This document shows, piece after piece, positions 16,864 to 26,003 of a stretch of 64,000 nt of DNA. Below the pieces are notes generated by a model. It ran no database searches and had not been told where the DNA came from. It saw only the letters and a list, made by a program, of their open reading frames with translations. This stretch comes from Bacillota bacterium (lineage in GTDB: Bacteria > Bacillota > Sulfobacillia > Fermentithermobacillales > Fermentithermobacillaceae): assembly GCA_040767525.1 (NCBI GenBank), contig JAXGOJ010000003.1:303-64302 (forward strand). The letters are read 5' to 3'. Every line of letters begins with the position of its first letter. The stretch's first letter is position 1. The position numbers and the translations under genes were made by a program.

Positions 16864-18537
16864 GTGGAAAGCACAACAGAGTCTGTTCCAGTAAGTGGCG
16901 GTGCAAGCCTTGCAACCCTTGTTACATTGCCCGGGCCAGGGTCTTACCCTGTAGTTATCGTGCGGACAGTTTACGGGCGTCGTAATCTTCTTGGACTAGG
17001 AAACCTTCTGTCCAATCACGGTTATGCTTCGATAATCCAGGACGTAAGGGGAAGCGGAGATTCATCGGGCAAGTTCAACTTTCTGGCACAAGAACCGGAA
17101 GATGCCCTTGAGACTACTCAATGGATTTTGCGGCAGCCGTGGTGCGACGGGCGTTTGGCAATTCTCGGTATCTCCTATCTTTCCTCTGCTTCAATTGCTA
17201 TTGCAGCCGAATTTCCTGAACATGTAAAGGCTGCTGTTTGGGTTACGATCCCTGCCGGTAAGGAAATCCTTTGTTTTCAGGGGGGAGCCCTCCGCCTTCA
17301 CCACACACTGCCGTGGGTATATATGAAAGAGGCTCCTCTAAGTAGTTTTGACCCTGAGGCCTACTACACCAAAACACCACTTATTGACGCTATTCCTCAG
17401 AACCTTGATTCTCGCTGGAGCCTTATATTGAAAGACGGTCCCAGGTCCGAGTTCTGGCGGAAAAATGATCTATGGCATTATATTGAGAGAGTCCGTGTGC
17501 CAGGTCTTCACTTCGGCGGATGGTTCGATTTCCTGCTCGACGCTACCCTGGTTCCGTATTCACAGATGAATCGTTCGGGAGCACCCCAGCGGCTTGTTCT
17601 CGGCCCGTGGAGTCATAACGGTGTTGTTGGAACTGAGAAGATATCAGGGGATATTTCATATGGCTGCCCGGCTGGAATCTTGCGCGAGATCAATACGTCT
17701 TCTCATTTTATGGATGAATGCATCCGGTGGTTGGATTACTGGGTAAAGAAAATGGGCGAAGTATCCGCCTGGCGGCCAGTAAGGTGCTTTTTCACCGGGG
17801 ACCGGCCTCATTGGCAGGAACTTGATTCCTGGCCTGCACCCGGGGGTATTATGAGAATGTACCTTGGATCAAAAGGCATTCAGGCGGGCAGGCGAACCGA
17901 AGGGGCCCATGCCCGAGGCATTCTTTCTACGGACTTAGCATCTATGGAGAATGCAACTGCCCTATGTGATTCCTTTGTGTATAACCCCGAGAATCCAACG
18001 CCTACCGAAGGTGGAGCAGTATGGGCTTTCACAAAGGCATCATTGATACCCGGCCCTGCTGTGTCCTCTGTTCACCTGAGGGACGACGTGTTGATCTATG
18101 ATTCTGAAATGTTAGGTGACCCTCTGAAGATCTGTGGTATTCCTCAAGTGGAACTATATGCGTCGTCAAGTGCGCCGGATACTGATTTTACAGCCATTAT
18201 CTTAGATGTGGACCAGGACGGTGTGGCCAGGTATGTTTCGGATGGGATTATTCGGGCAAGATACCGAAATAGCCTGGAAATCGAGGAATTCCTCGAACCG
18301 GGAGAGACTTATCTGTTCCGAATATCGATGAAGGGATGTGCTCATACTTTTGGCCCTGGCCACCGGGTGCGTCTTGTAATCAGTAGTTCAAACTTTCCCA
18401 AGTTTGACCGGAATCCAAATACAGGTGAGCCTATATATCAGACCCGGGCTATGCGGGAAGCAGTTCAGACAGTGTACTATGGGGCTGCAACTTCATCGGC
18501 TCTCATTATGCCTACTCCTATTGGCCCAAGCCTGTAA
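16864..18537 (+). CDS. CocE/NonD-family hydrolase (peptidase S15, Xaa-Pro dipeptidyl-peptidase-like)
   Basis: 557 aa with a GTG start after GGAGGAGGG. Diagnostic segments are QDVRGSGDSSGKF, the nucleophile elbow GISYLS and the C-terminal beta-domain signature SSSNFPKFDRNPNTG. Confidence 0.8.
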   Translation: MESTTESVPVSGGASLATLVTLPGPGSYPVVIVRTVYGRRNLLGLGNLLSNHGYASIIQDVRGSGDSSGKFNFLAQEPEDALETTQWILRQPWCDGRLAILGISYLSSASIAIAAEFPEHVKAAVWVTIPAGKEILCFQGGALRLHHTLPWVYMKEAPLSSFDPEAYYTKTPLIDAIPQNLDSRWSLILKDGPRSEFWRKNDLWHYIERVRVPGLHFGGWFDFLLDATLVPYSQMNRSGAPQRLVLGPWSHNGVVGTEKISGDISYGCPAGILREINTSSHFMDECIRWLDYWVKKMGEVSAWRPVRCFFTGDRPHWQELDSWPAPGGIMRMYLGSKGIQAGRRTEGAHARGILSTDLASMENATALCDSFVYNPENPTPTEGGAVWAFTKASLIPGPAVSSVHLRDDVLIYDSEMLGDPLKICGIPQVELYASSSAPDTDFTAIILDVDQDGVARYVSDGIIRARYRNSLEIEEFLEPGETYLFRISMKGCAHTFGPGHRVRLVISSSNFPKFDRNPNTGEPIYQTRAMREAVQTVYYGAATSSALIMPTPIGPSL

Positions 18538-18714
18538 TCAAGGTTTGACATCGCGCCACTTTCTGATCGACATGAAGTATCCGCACATGCCCGATACTTA
18601 CGTTCCGCCTTGTTGAAGCACTGGACTCCTTGCTTCAACCCATTAGGTCTAGACTCTTTAGGCCGGATGCAGGATGATAAAGCATTGTCAGGCGATAGTT
18701 CTGATGCTGGCCTA

Positions 18715-18761
18715 TTGACAACCTGGGAAATTTACTCTAAAGTGGACTAAAATCGTCCACT
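18715..18761 (+). promoter_or_regulatory. Candidate sigma-A promoter overlapped by a palindromic operator upstream of the Rrf2 gene. The promoter is TTGACA, 17 nt, TAAAGT. The operator is AGTGGAC-N7-GTCCACT.
   Basis: The hexamers and spacing were read directly. The perfect 7-bp inverted repeat spans 18741..18761, about 36 bp before the Rrf2 start. Confidence 0.45.
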
Positions 18762-18796
18762 ATGATGTTGGCCGGATACGGATAGGGGTAATTGCC

Positions 18797-19216
18797 ATGG
18801 AAATTGTCAGGAGGATAACGGACTATAGTATAAGAGCGCTGGTTCATCTTGCCCTTAATCCCGAGAGAGAAGTAACAGGAACCGAAATTTCCGAAGAACA
18901 GGATGTACCTTTAGGTTATGTTCATAAGATCATGCAGAGACTGAACAGATACGGTTTTGTCAATTCCCACAGAGGGCCCTCAGGTGGCTTTTTCCTTGCA
19001 AAGAATCCAGGCAAAATCAGTGTCCTTGAAATTGCAGAGGCCATGCAGGGTAAATTATCGTCAAACAAGTGCTTTTTGGAAAAAGATCCGTGCCCTAGGG
19101 CTCCCAAGTGTGTAATAAAGAAGAACTGGCTCGCCCTGGACCGGCAGATCACTGGGTTTTTGAAGAGCATAAGTCTGCAGGATCTTGTGGATCAAATGGT
19201 TGAGGCCGGGAGTTGA
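18797..19216 (+). CDS. Rrf2-family transcriptional regulator (NsrR/IscR-like, three C-terminal Cys)
   Basis: 139 aa. DYSIRALVHLA... is the wHTH start typical of Rrf2 proteins. The cysteines in NKCFLEKDPCPRAPKC could ligate an Fe-S cluster. Confidence 0.85.
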   Translation: MEIVRRITDYSIRALVHLALNPEREVTGTEISEEQDVPLGYVHKIMQRLNRYGFVNSHRGPSGGFFLAKNPGKISVLEIAEAMQGKLSSNKCFLEKDPCPRAPKCVIKKNWLALDRQITGFLKSISLQDLVDQMVEAGS

Positions 19217-19402
19217 TGATTACTGCTTTGCAGCCGTCGGGGATGGATTTTGTAAGGCCGTTATACAACCACAACCAATACATACAAAAAGTCACCGTAT
19301 GCCTGAATTCAATATGGAAAGGTTTTGGACTCAAATTGAGGGAAAAGGTTCAAAGAAACTTGCTCAAGATGTATCTTGACAAAGTCAAAGGAGGAGAAAC
19401 AC

Positions 19403-20701
19403 ATGTTTTGCTACCAGTGCGAACAGACAGCCGGAGGAACAGGTTGCACTAAGTACGGAGTATGCGGAAAGGATCCTGACATAGCTAGCCTTCAAGATAC
19501 TTTGATATTTGCTCTCAAAGGAATTGCAGCTTACGCGTACCATGCCCGAGAGCTCGGCGCATCAGATGAACAAGTTGATGCCTTTCTTGCAGAAGCCCTT
19601 TTTTCAACGCTCACCAACGTGAACTTCGATCTTGAAAGCCACATCAACCTGCTTCTCAAAGCAGGGGAGATCAACCTCAGGGCCATGGAACTTCTTGACA
19701 AAGCTAACGTAGAACGTTTTGGGGTTCCGGAGCCAACAAAAGTGCAGGTAGGCATGAAGCCAGGCCCGGGAATACTTGTGACAGGCCATGACTTCCTTGA
19801 TCTATATGAGCTGCTCAAACAAACAGAGGGCAAGGGGATCAACGTATACACCCATGGCGAGATGCTGCCTGCCCTTGCTTATCCCGAACTGAAGAAGTTT
19901 CCTCATCTTGTTGGGAACTACGGCACAGCATGGCAAAATCAGAAAAAGGAGTTTGCAGAGTTTTCAGGGGCTATTCTTGGAACTACGAACTGTGTCTTGA
20001 TACCGTCGGACTCCTACAAAAACCGGATGTTTACATGTGGAATTGCTGACCTCCCCGGTGTGGCCCACATTCACAATCGCGATTTCACGCCGGTTATTGG
20101 AAAAGCCTTGGCCCTCCCGCCCCTTGAGGAAAAGACAGGGCCAAAAACCATGACAGGGTTTCACCACCAACCGGTTCTCAGTATTGCAGACAAGCTAATC
20201 GACGCCGTTAAGCAAGGCAAGATCCGACACTTCTTCCTGGTTGGCGGTTGCGATGGAGCCCGTGCCAGTAGGAACTACTATACCGAATTTGTAGAGAAGT
20301 TGCCTCAAGACTGCGTGGTTCTTACCCTGGGCTGCGGCAAGTTCCGGTTCAACTACCTTGATGCCGGTGATATTGACGGCATTCCAAGGGTTCTGGATAT
20401 GGGCCAGTGCAACAATGCATATTCGGCCATACAAGTAGCTGCAGCACTGGCAAAAGCTTTTGACTGCAGCCTAAATGATCTTCCGCTTAGCATGGTTCTT
20501 TCATGGTTCGAGCAAAAAGCAGTAGCTATTTTGATGACCCTTCTCTACCTGGGCATCAAGGACATCCGTTTGGGGCCCACCCTTCCCGCGTTCTTGTCGC
20601 CAAATGTGCTTAAGGTGCTCGTAGACAGATACGACATTCAGCCTATCACTACACCTGAGACTGACATCGAGGCCATTCTGGGGGAGAAGGGTAACGCATA
20701 A
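19403..20701 (+). CDS. hcp: Hybrid cluster protein (hydroxylamine reductase), short ~430-aa class
   Basis: ATG 19403 follows AAAGGAGGAG. The N-terminal MFCYQCEQTAGGTGCTKYGVCGK cubane-cluster motif and the rest of the ORF are Hcp-like. Confidence 0.9.
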   Translation: MFCYQCEQTAGGTGCTKYGVCGKDPDIASLQDTLIFALKGIAAYAYHARELGASDEQVDAFLAEALFSTLTNVNFDLESHINLLLKAGEINLRAMELLDKANVERFGVPEPTKVQVGMKPGPGILVTGHDFLDLYELLKQTEGKGINVYTHGEMLPALAYPELKKFPHLVGNYGTAWQNQKKEFAEFSGAILGTTNCVLIPSDSYKNRMFTCGIADLPGVAHIHNRDFTPVIGKALALPPLEEKTGPKTMTGFHHQPVLSIADKLIDAVKQGKIRHFFLVGGCDGARASRNYYTEFVEKLPQDCVVLTLGCGKFRFNYLDAGDIDGIPRVLDMGQCNNAYSAIQVAAALAKAFDCSLNDLPLSMVLSWFEQKAVAILMTLLYLGIKDIRLGPTLPAFLSPNVLKVLVDRYDIQPITTPETDIEAILGEKGNA

Positions 20702-20806
20702 GAGGGTGTGTTCTTGGAAGACATTCACAGGGTATGATGTTAGAATTAGGATGAAGAGACTCCAAATCTGTGCATTCTAACCAGGAATGAATAGGGGGCG
20801 AGTGCT

Positions 20807-21049
20807 ATGGCAGAAGAACAGTGGGTAGAGGTTAGCCAGGTAGCAACAGAGGTTGAGGGAGAACTAATCCGTTCGGCTCTCGAGTCTTGCGGTATCGAGG
20901 TGCTCTTTCGGTCATTCCTGCCGGCCAGCGTGTACCCGGGTTTGACGTTGATTAAGGTACTTGTCCCCGAAAAGGATTCGGAACTGGCCCGACGGGTTCT
21001 TTCTGAAACCACGCTAGACCCGAGCAGTGATACTGTTACGGGACAGTAA
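20807..21049 (+). CDS. DUF2007-like small protein (putative signal-transducing domain)
   Basis: 80 aa with the pattern W..V......E.ELIRSALESCGIEV.....LVPEKDSELARRVL. Confidence 0.5.
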   Translation: MAEEQWVEVSQVATEVEGELIRSALESCGIEVLFRSFLPASVYPGLTLIKVLVPEKDSELARRVLSETTLDPSSDTVTGQ

Positions 21050-21492
21050 TTTGCTGGGGCACTTGGGAGCGGCCTACCGCATAGACCACTCTCGAGCGAT
21101 GTTGTCCAATCCAGAGGTATTCTGCCAGAGAGCGAGTTTCAGGGGTGACTGCTGATTCCCCAGTGTTGGTTGACGTGCCTGCCATAGCTGACCCCTTGGC
21201 CAGAGCCATTTTGAGTTTGAGGTTAAGGGAACCCCCATTTTGTGTTCGCATGCCGGCTTCAATTATGGCCCGCGGACTCAGCTATCGGCCACGGTCACGA
21301 TTTCAAATGGATTGGTCGGGTAATCCTAGGTTAGCATTGCACGGGTTACGTCGTCTGTCGCCGTTCAGCAGCGGGAGACTCGAACCATCTCGATTTGCGT
21401 CTATATTGAGTAGTGGGAGACGCGAATTATTGCCACTTGCGTTCGTATGTAGGAAGCAGTATGATGTGAGAAAAGCGTGGGGGATAGTGGCT

Positions 21493-21756
21493 ATGAGTGT
21501 TCGAATCAGCATAGATAGCCGCGGACGTTTGCTCATTCCGGCCGAGGTCAGAAAACGGCTAGGTTTCAATGAGGGCGACAGTGTACTTGTAGAACCTGTT
21601 GGGCCTGGAGAGTTCAAAGTGCTTCTTGTTAAGGACTCTGTGGAGCGAGCGAGGGGTATGTACAGTCATCTCAGAGATTCTGCCGGAAATGTTTCAGACG
21701 AGCTAATATCTGACCGCCGTCGCGAAGCCAAGAAGGAGGTAGACGGTAGTGAGTGA
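21493..21756 (+). CDS. vapB: AbrB/SpoVT-domain antitoxin (VapB-type)
   Basis: 87-aa product. MSVRISIDSRGRLLIPAEVRKRLGFNEGDSVLVEP is a swapped-hairpin AbrB fold signature. It overlaps the downstream PIN gene by 8 bp. The listed 203-aa ORF over-extends upstream. Confidence 0.8.
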   Translation: MSVRISIDSRGRLLIPAEVRKRLGFNEGDSVLVEPVGPGEFKVLLVKDSVERARGMYSHLRDSAGNVSDELISDRRREAKKEVDGSE

Positions 21757-22144
21757 GGCAGTACTCGACGCTTCCGCCCTCATTGCATACCTTTTTGATG
21801 AGCCTGGTGCCGGTACGGTATCAGATGCTTTGCTTTCTGGTGCCATCATGAGCACTGTCAATTTTTCTGAGGTGCTGAGCAAGCTCGTCGATCGCGGGGT
21901 TTCTGTAGACCGGTCCATTTCAGATCTACGCCAATCCGGGATCCTGGACTTGCTTGAAATTGCAGATTTCACTGCTTCGCTTGCCAAAGAAGCAGCTCTG
22001 CTGCGCGAGTATACCCGTGATATGGGGCTTTCGCTGGGTGACAGGGCATGCTTGGCTCTGGCGAGACTGAGGCGAGTACCTGCACTCACAGCTGACTCCC
22101 TTTGGGCTAAAGTCCCGGGAGCCGTGGTACGGCTTATCAGGTAA
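21749..22144 (+). CDS. vapC: PIN-domain ribonuclease toxin (VapC)
   Basis: 131 aa with a GTG start. An N-terminal acidic residue lies in VLDASALIAYL, with later conserved acidic positions (SLGDRACLALA, LTAD). Confidence 0.8.
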   Translation: MSEAVLDASALIAYLFDEPGAGTVSDALLSGAIMSTVNFSEVLSKLVDRGVSVDRSISDLRQSGILDLLEIADFTASLAKEAALLREYTRDMGLSLGDRACLALARLRRVPALTADSLWAKVPGAVVRLIR

Positions 22145-22173
22145 CGTTTTGCAGACTCCCGGTGTTTCTCAAC

Positions 22174-22779
22174 TCACTGCCCGCCCTTAGGATTCCAGCC
22201 CTTCATGTCGAATACGTGCTGCCTACCATAGAAATCATGCAGCAAATTGAGTATCTCCCCAAACCTTTGAAAGTGTACGATTTCCCTCTGCCACAAGAAC
22301 CTCAGGGTGTCTGTGACGTCAGGATCATCTGAAAGCTGCATAAGGTATTCATAGGTTGACCTTGCTTTTTGCTCTGCCGCCATGTTTTCGTGAATGTCAG
22401 TGATAGGATCTCCTTTTGATTGGATGTATGAAGCCACCCAGGGCGACCCTTCTGCATTTACAAAATACAGGGCTTTGTCGTGGTCGGCATAGTACCCGTC
22501 CAGCCCGGCCCTCTTGATGTCGGCTATGCTTGCATCTCTTATCAAGTTATATACTAAAGTGGCAACAATCTCCATATGAGCAAGCTCCTCAGTACCAATA
22601 TCCGTCAAAGTAGCCTTGGCCTCGGGAATAGGCATGGTGTACCTTTGAGTCAGATACCGCAAGGATGCGGCTAGTTCGCCGTCGGGCCCGCCGTATTGTG
22701 TGATCACAACTTTTGCCAGCCTGGGGTTAGTTGTTTTGACCCTGGCCGGATATTGGAGGCTTTTTTGATAAACCCACAT
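22174..22779 (-). CDS. cotJC: Manganese catalase-family spore coat protein CotJC
   Basis: 201 aa. QYGGPDGELAASLRYLTQRY...EELAHMEIV is a di-iron/manganese catalase motif, and the gene is last in a cotJA-B-C arrangement. Confidence 0.9.
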   Translation of the reverse strand: MWVYQKSLQYPARVKTTNPRLAKVVITQYGGPDGELAASLRYLTQRYTMPIPEAKATLTDIGTEELAHMEIVATLVYNLIRDASIADIKRAGLDGYYADHDKALYFVNAEGSPWVASYIQSKGDPITDIHENMAAEQKARSTYEYLMQLSDDPDVTDTLRFLWQREIVHFQRFGEILNLLHDFYGRQHVFDMKGWNPKGGQ

Positions 22780-22785
22780 GCATTT

Positions 22786-23052
22786 TCAACTCCTTCTCCA
22801 GTTGATTTCCCATGGCCACGGGTCATCGATCCATTGCCAGGTGCGGCCGGTCATGCCGAAACCATAGTTGAGCAGCGGCCCGTAAATGCGCTCATATTCC
22901 ATTTTGGCACCCATGAGCTCCTGGGACCTCATTCTGAATTCCTGTAAAGCCCGCATGTCATCAGGATGGGTATCAAGAAACAGGTTGAGTTCTGTAGCCG
23001 CAAATTGCAGTTCCATAATCCTGAGAAGCATTTCTTTTTGCTGTGTGTTCAC
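22786..23052 (-). CDS. cotJB: Spore coat protein CotJB
   Basis: 88 aa. LQFAATELNLFLDTHPDD..AL is the typical CotJB pattern. Confidence 0.85.
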   Translation of the reverse strand: MNTQQKEMLLRIMELQFAATELNLFLDTHPDDMRALQEFRMRSQELMGAKMEYERIYGPLLNYGFGMTGRTWQWIDDPWPWEINWRRS

Positions 23053-23104
23053 TGTAATATCCCCCCTTATGATCCTGGCCTCTTAAAGAGTAGTCCGTAC
23101 TAAC

Positions 23105-23542
23105 TCAGAAAAAGGTTCCAACCTGTAGGGCTTGAAGATCGAGTGTCTGGGAAAAGGTTTGCCAGGGCACATAGGCTGCAGCAAGTTCACCAAAGAAAGC
23201 CATGCCGGTAGGTGTTTCGAGTTTCATTTGCTCTGGGTCTGTTTCGTCCTGGCCTAAGGGCCAGTCTGGTGCAGAAAGACTGTTGTGTGCGGGTACAGGG
23301 ACTTTTGGGCCGGGTTCAGGAAAATAGCCGGCAGCAGAGTCAGGCTCAAAAGAAGCAGGCGGATCAGCGATCTTACCGGTTGCATCTTCAGGGGGAAGCG
23401 TGGCATTGTCTTGTATGGTATCTTCGGATATCTCTTGATCCTGACGGTCAAACCGAAGTTTTGCCTGCTCGCGTGCAAATTCCTGTTCCGTGTCGCGAAA
23501 GATCCTGAAAAGCCTTTGATCGTTTGGTAATTGCCTTCGCAT
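23105..23542 (-). CDS. cotJA: Spore coat-associated protein CotJA with a long acidic/Pro-rich N-terminal extension
   Basis: ATG 23542 follows AAGGAGG. The C-terminal LAAAYVPWQTFSQTLDLQALQVGTFF matches the CotJA signature (YVPWQ...GT.F). Confidence 0.65.
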   Translation of the reverse strand: MRRQLPNDQRLFRIFRDTEQEFAREQAKLRFDRQDQEISEDTIQDNATLPPEDATGKIADPPASFEPDSAAGYFPEPGPKVPVPAHNSLSAPDWPLGQDETDPEQMKLETPTGMAFFGELAAAYVPWQTFSQTLDLQALQVGTFF

Positions 23543-23778
23543 ATGCAGGTCCTCCTTGTTAAGAGTAATATCACTGCAGTTTATGTAAACCAGGCAATTA
23601 TTGTGTCTACACAATCAATCTCCTCATCAAGAGGCCGGCAGGCACCGTATTAGAGGATGTACACGGAAAAGCAGAGGGGGATGGGTGGGTCCCATCCCCT
23701 GGGAGACAGCTAATTATTCTCCCGAAAAAGGAGTCCCTGGCCGTTCACTTATACTATGTCCAGGTGTCCAGGCGCCTG

Positions 23779-24399
23779 TTATACGGTCAATCCTGCTTGC
23801 TCCATCGCTGCATTGAGTTGGGGTATGTACTTAGCGGCTTGTTTTCTCGCATTCTTAAGCCTGCTACTGCTTGCAGCCTTGAACTCTTCATCCTTAATGG
23901 AACCAAGGTTAATTTCGGCATTCATTGCCGCTCCCCGCCAGGCAGCGTCCAGCATTAGAAAACCTACGGCAAGGTCTGTAATGGCGTTTGGGTTTCCGTA
24001 TTTGAGGAGGTCAGGCAAAAGTCCCATGGCCTCTATGGCCGCCTCGACTGTATTCAGGGGAGACTCAGTTGCCCCAATAAAGGCCTCCTGCATTGCCTTT
24101 CGCCTCTGGGATTTTTCTTCTGAGGTGGACCTGGGCATTTTCAAGGCGGCTTCTACCTGCCTGTATGCGTTGGCGTCTTCATCTCCTAAGGCGAGAAACT
24201 TCTTGTGAAAGTATTCCGAGGCCTCTCGCATTTCTTCAAGCTTATCCAGGCCTTCAGTGAAGCGGGGTAGGCTCAAAGTCACCCCGGCTACCATCTGGAA
24301 CAGGGCACAGCCCATGGCGCCTGCTACGGCCGCGGCTGCACCACCGCCTGGGGCGCCTGTAGGAGCCCTTAAATCATCCATGAAATTCATTAGATTCAT
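23779..24399 (-). CDS. Formiminotetrahydrofolate cyclodeaminase (FtcD C-terminal domain as a separate protein)
   Basis: 206 aa. The PTGAPGGGAAAAVAGAMGCAL motif is characteristic of the cyclodeaminase/cyclohydrolase family. Confidence 0.8.
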   Translation of the reverse strand: MNLMNFMDDLRAPTGAPGGGAAAAVAGAMGCALFQMVAGVTLSLPRFTEGLDKLEEMREASEYFHKKFLALGDEDANAYRQVEAALKMPRSTSEEKSQRRKAMQEAFIGATESPLNTVEAAIEAMGLLPDLLKYGNPNAITDLAVGFLMLDAAWRGAAMNAEINLGSIKDEEFKAASSSRLKNARKQAAKYIPQLNAAMEQAGLTV

Positions 24400-24457
24400 T
24401 CTATGTCACTCCTTATTCCTCGGACTCATCATGCTGAAAGAGAACCGGTTCCTTGAG

Positions 24458-25351
24458 TCAGGTAATAAGATCCAATATCCTTTGTTTGGAGAAGTCCTTA
24501 AGTTTCAACCGGGCCAGGGCCACGTTTAAGAGTGCATCCAGGGGAATCAAGCCTATGATTTCCGAATCTGTGATCTCAACCCCTTTGCTTGCGGCTTCCT
24601 CTTCGATTTTACTGAATACGAGCTCAATAGGAGTGGACTTGTAATCCAGGAGGTTCATGGTGACCTGGGCAAGTCCTGTGTCTTCCATTGTTATGCCCTT
24701 TGCTTGCACATGAGGGAGGCCTCCTGATGATTCCCTGATGTGCCTGGCGATTGAACGGGCTATTTTTACGTTGGTTGTATTGAGGTTTACGTTATATGCT
24801 ATGAGAGGCGGCCTTGCTCCAACAGCCGTAGCCCCTGCTTTAGGGTGAAGCAGGCACGGCCCAAAATCCGGTTTCCTGTCGGGCTCGGCCTTGATGGCTT
24901 CTTTGAGTCCTTCGTATTCTCCTTTTCTTATATTGGGTAGACGTACCCGTTCTGGCCTGGTTGCGGCTTTTGCATAAAGGTACACGGGAATTGATAATTC
25001 CTCACCGATTCTCCGGCCAACCTTTTTGGCAATTTCTACACATTCTTCTATGGTGACTCCCCGGATGGGGACGAACGGTACAACATCAGTTGCGCCAATC
25101 CTGGGGTGTTCACCGTGGTGTTGTTCCATATCTATTAGTTCACCGGCTCTTTGGGCAGCCTTAAAGGCCGCCTCTTCTACTGTTTCCGGAGTGCCGATAA
25201 ACGTGACAACTGAACGGTTGTGGCTTGGATCTGAAGATGAATCCAGTATTTTGCAGCCTGCATCTTTAATGGCTTTGAGTATCTCATCGATAACTGACTG
25301 ATTTCTGCCTTCACTGAAATTAGGAATGCACTCTATGACCTTTGGCTCCAT
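24458..25351 (-). CDS. Glutamate formimidoyltransferase (FtcD N-terminal domain as a separate protein)
   Basis: ATG 25351 follows GGAGG. MEPKVIECIPNFSEGRNQSVID...HNRSV.TF...HPRIGATDVVPF are hallmark motifs. The listed ORF over-extends upstream. Confidence 0.85.
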   Translation of the reverse strand: MEPKVIECIPNFSEGRNQSVIDEILKAIKDAGCKILDSSSDPSHNRSVVTFIGTPETVEEAAFKAAQRAGELIDMEQHHGEHPRIGATDVVPFVPIRGVTIEECVEIAKKVGRRIGEELSIPVYLYAKAATRPERVRLPNIRKGEYEGLKEAIKAEPDRKPDFGPCLLHPKAGATAVGARPPLIAYNVNLNTTNVKIARSIARHIRESSGGLPHVQAKGITMEDTGLAQVTMNLLDYKSTPIELVFSKIEEEAASKGVEITDSEIIGLIPLDALLNVALARLKLKDFSKQRILDLIT

Positions 25352-25744
25352 TACAGCATGACCTCCACAATTTTCTATAGCCTCATTCAAATGCTTTCGG
25401 TTCGGATTCTGCGTGACCGGTAGAGAACAGTCACGGCCCACGCCTCTTGGTGTGGGCTCTGTGTCTTGGATAATTCTGCCCACTTGCATTCACGGTTTCA
25501 TGAACCGATCTTAAGTTTCCGGTTACCTTTTCCAACAACACAAGATTATCTTATACCACACTCGGGGAAGAGCAAACCTGAATAAGAAGAAGTTAACAGG
25601 GTCTCCTGGGGCGTTGCCGAACATAGCCTGCCATACGTTATCGATACCGCTATTAGATGCCTAATAAGTAATCTTCAGATTATAAGGAGTGTTTGTGTTT
25701 TGCTGACAAGATCCTCAGAAAATCGTTCCAATAGGCTGGGAGTG

Positions 25745-25753
25745 TGCTATAAT
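25745..25753 (+). promoter_or_regulatory. Candidate extended -10 promoter element TGcTATAAT, ~250 nt upstream of the amino-acid ABC operon
   Basis: Sequence read directly. No good -35 hexamer was seen. Confidence 0.3.
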
Positions 25754-26003
25754 ATGCTCATTGTTGCATAATCATGCATCCAGATACCATGGAATCGTGG
25801 AACGGGCCACAGAAGCAGTAAAGAGGAGGCTGTCAAAGGTGGCAGATGTTTTGATGTACGAAATACCCCGGTTGAGGTCGAACCGGCTTTAAGCCGGAAC
25901 GCAAGCACTGAGAATTATCTGAAGTTTGTACTATCACAACCGTGTGTATCATAGGTCTCTAGCAGATTAGTCAGCAGACTTTACAAGAAAAGGGTGAGGT
26001 TTC

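Noticed and set aside
19376-19388. TTGAC-AAA-GTCAA upstream of hcp as an HcpR/FNR-type site.
   Set aside because: CRP/FNR-type sites have a 4-nt spacer (TTGAC-N4-GTCAA), whereas this one has 3. It also abuts the RBS rather than sitting at an activator position. It is kept only as an unassigned palindrome in the Rrf2/hcp finding.
21360-21400. tRNA-like T-arm string (GGTTCGAGTCTCCC on the minus strand).
   Set aside because: The flanking bases do not form a 5-bp T-stem. No acceptor, D or anticodon arms could be built, and no CCA or discriminator context is present. At most it is a fragment.
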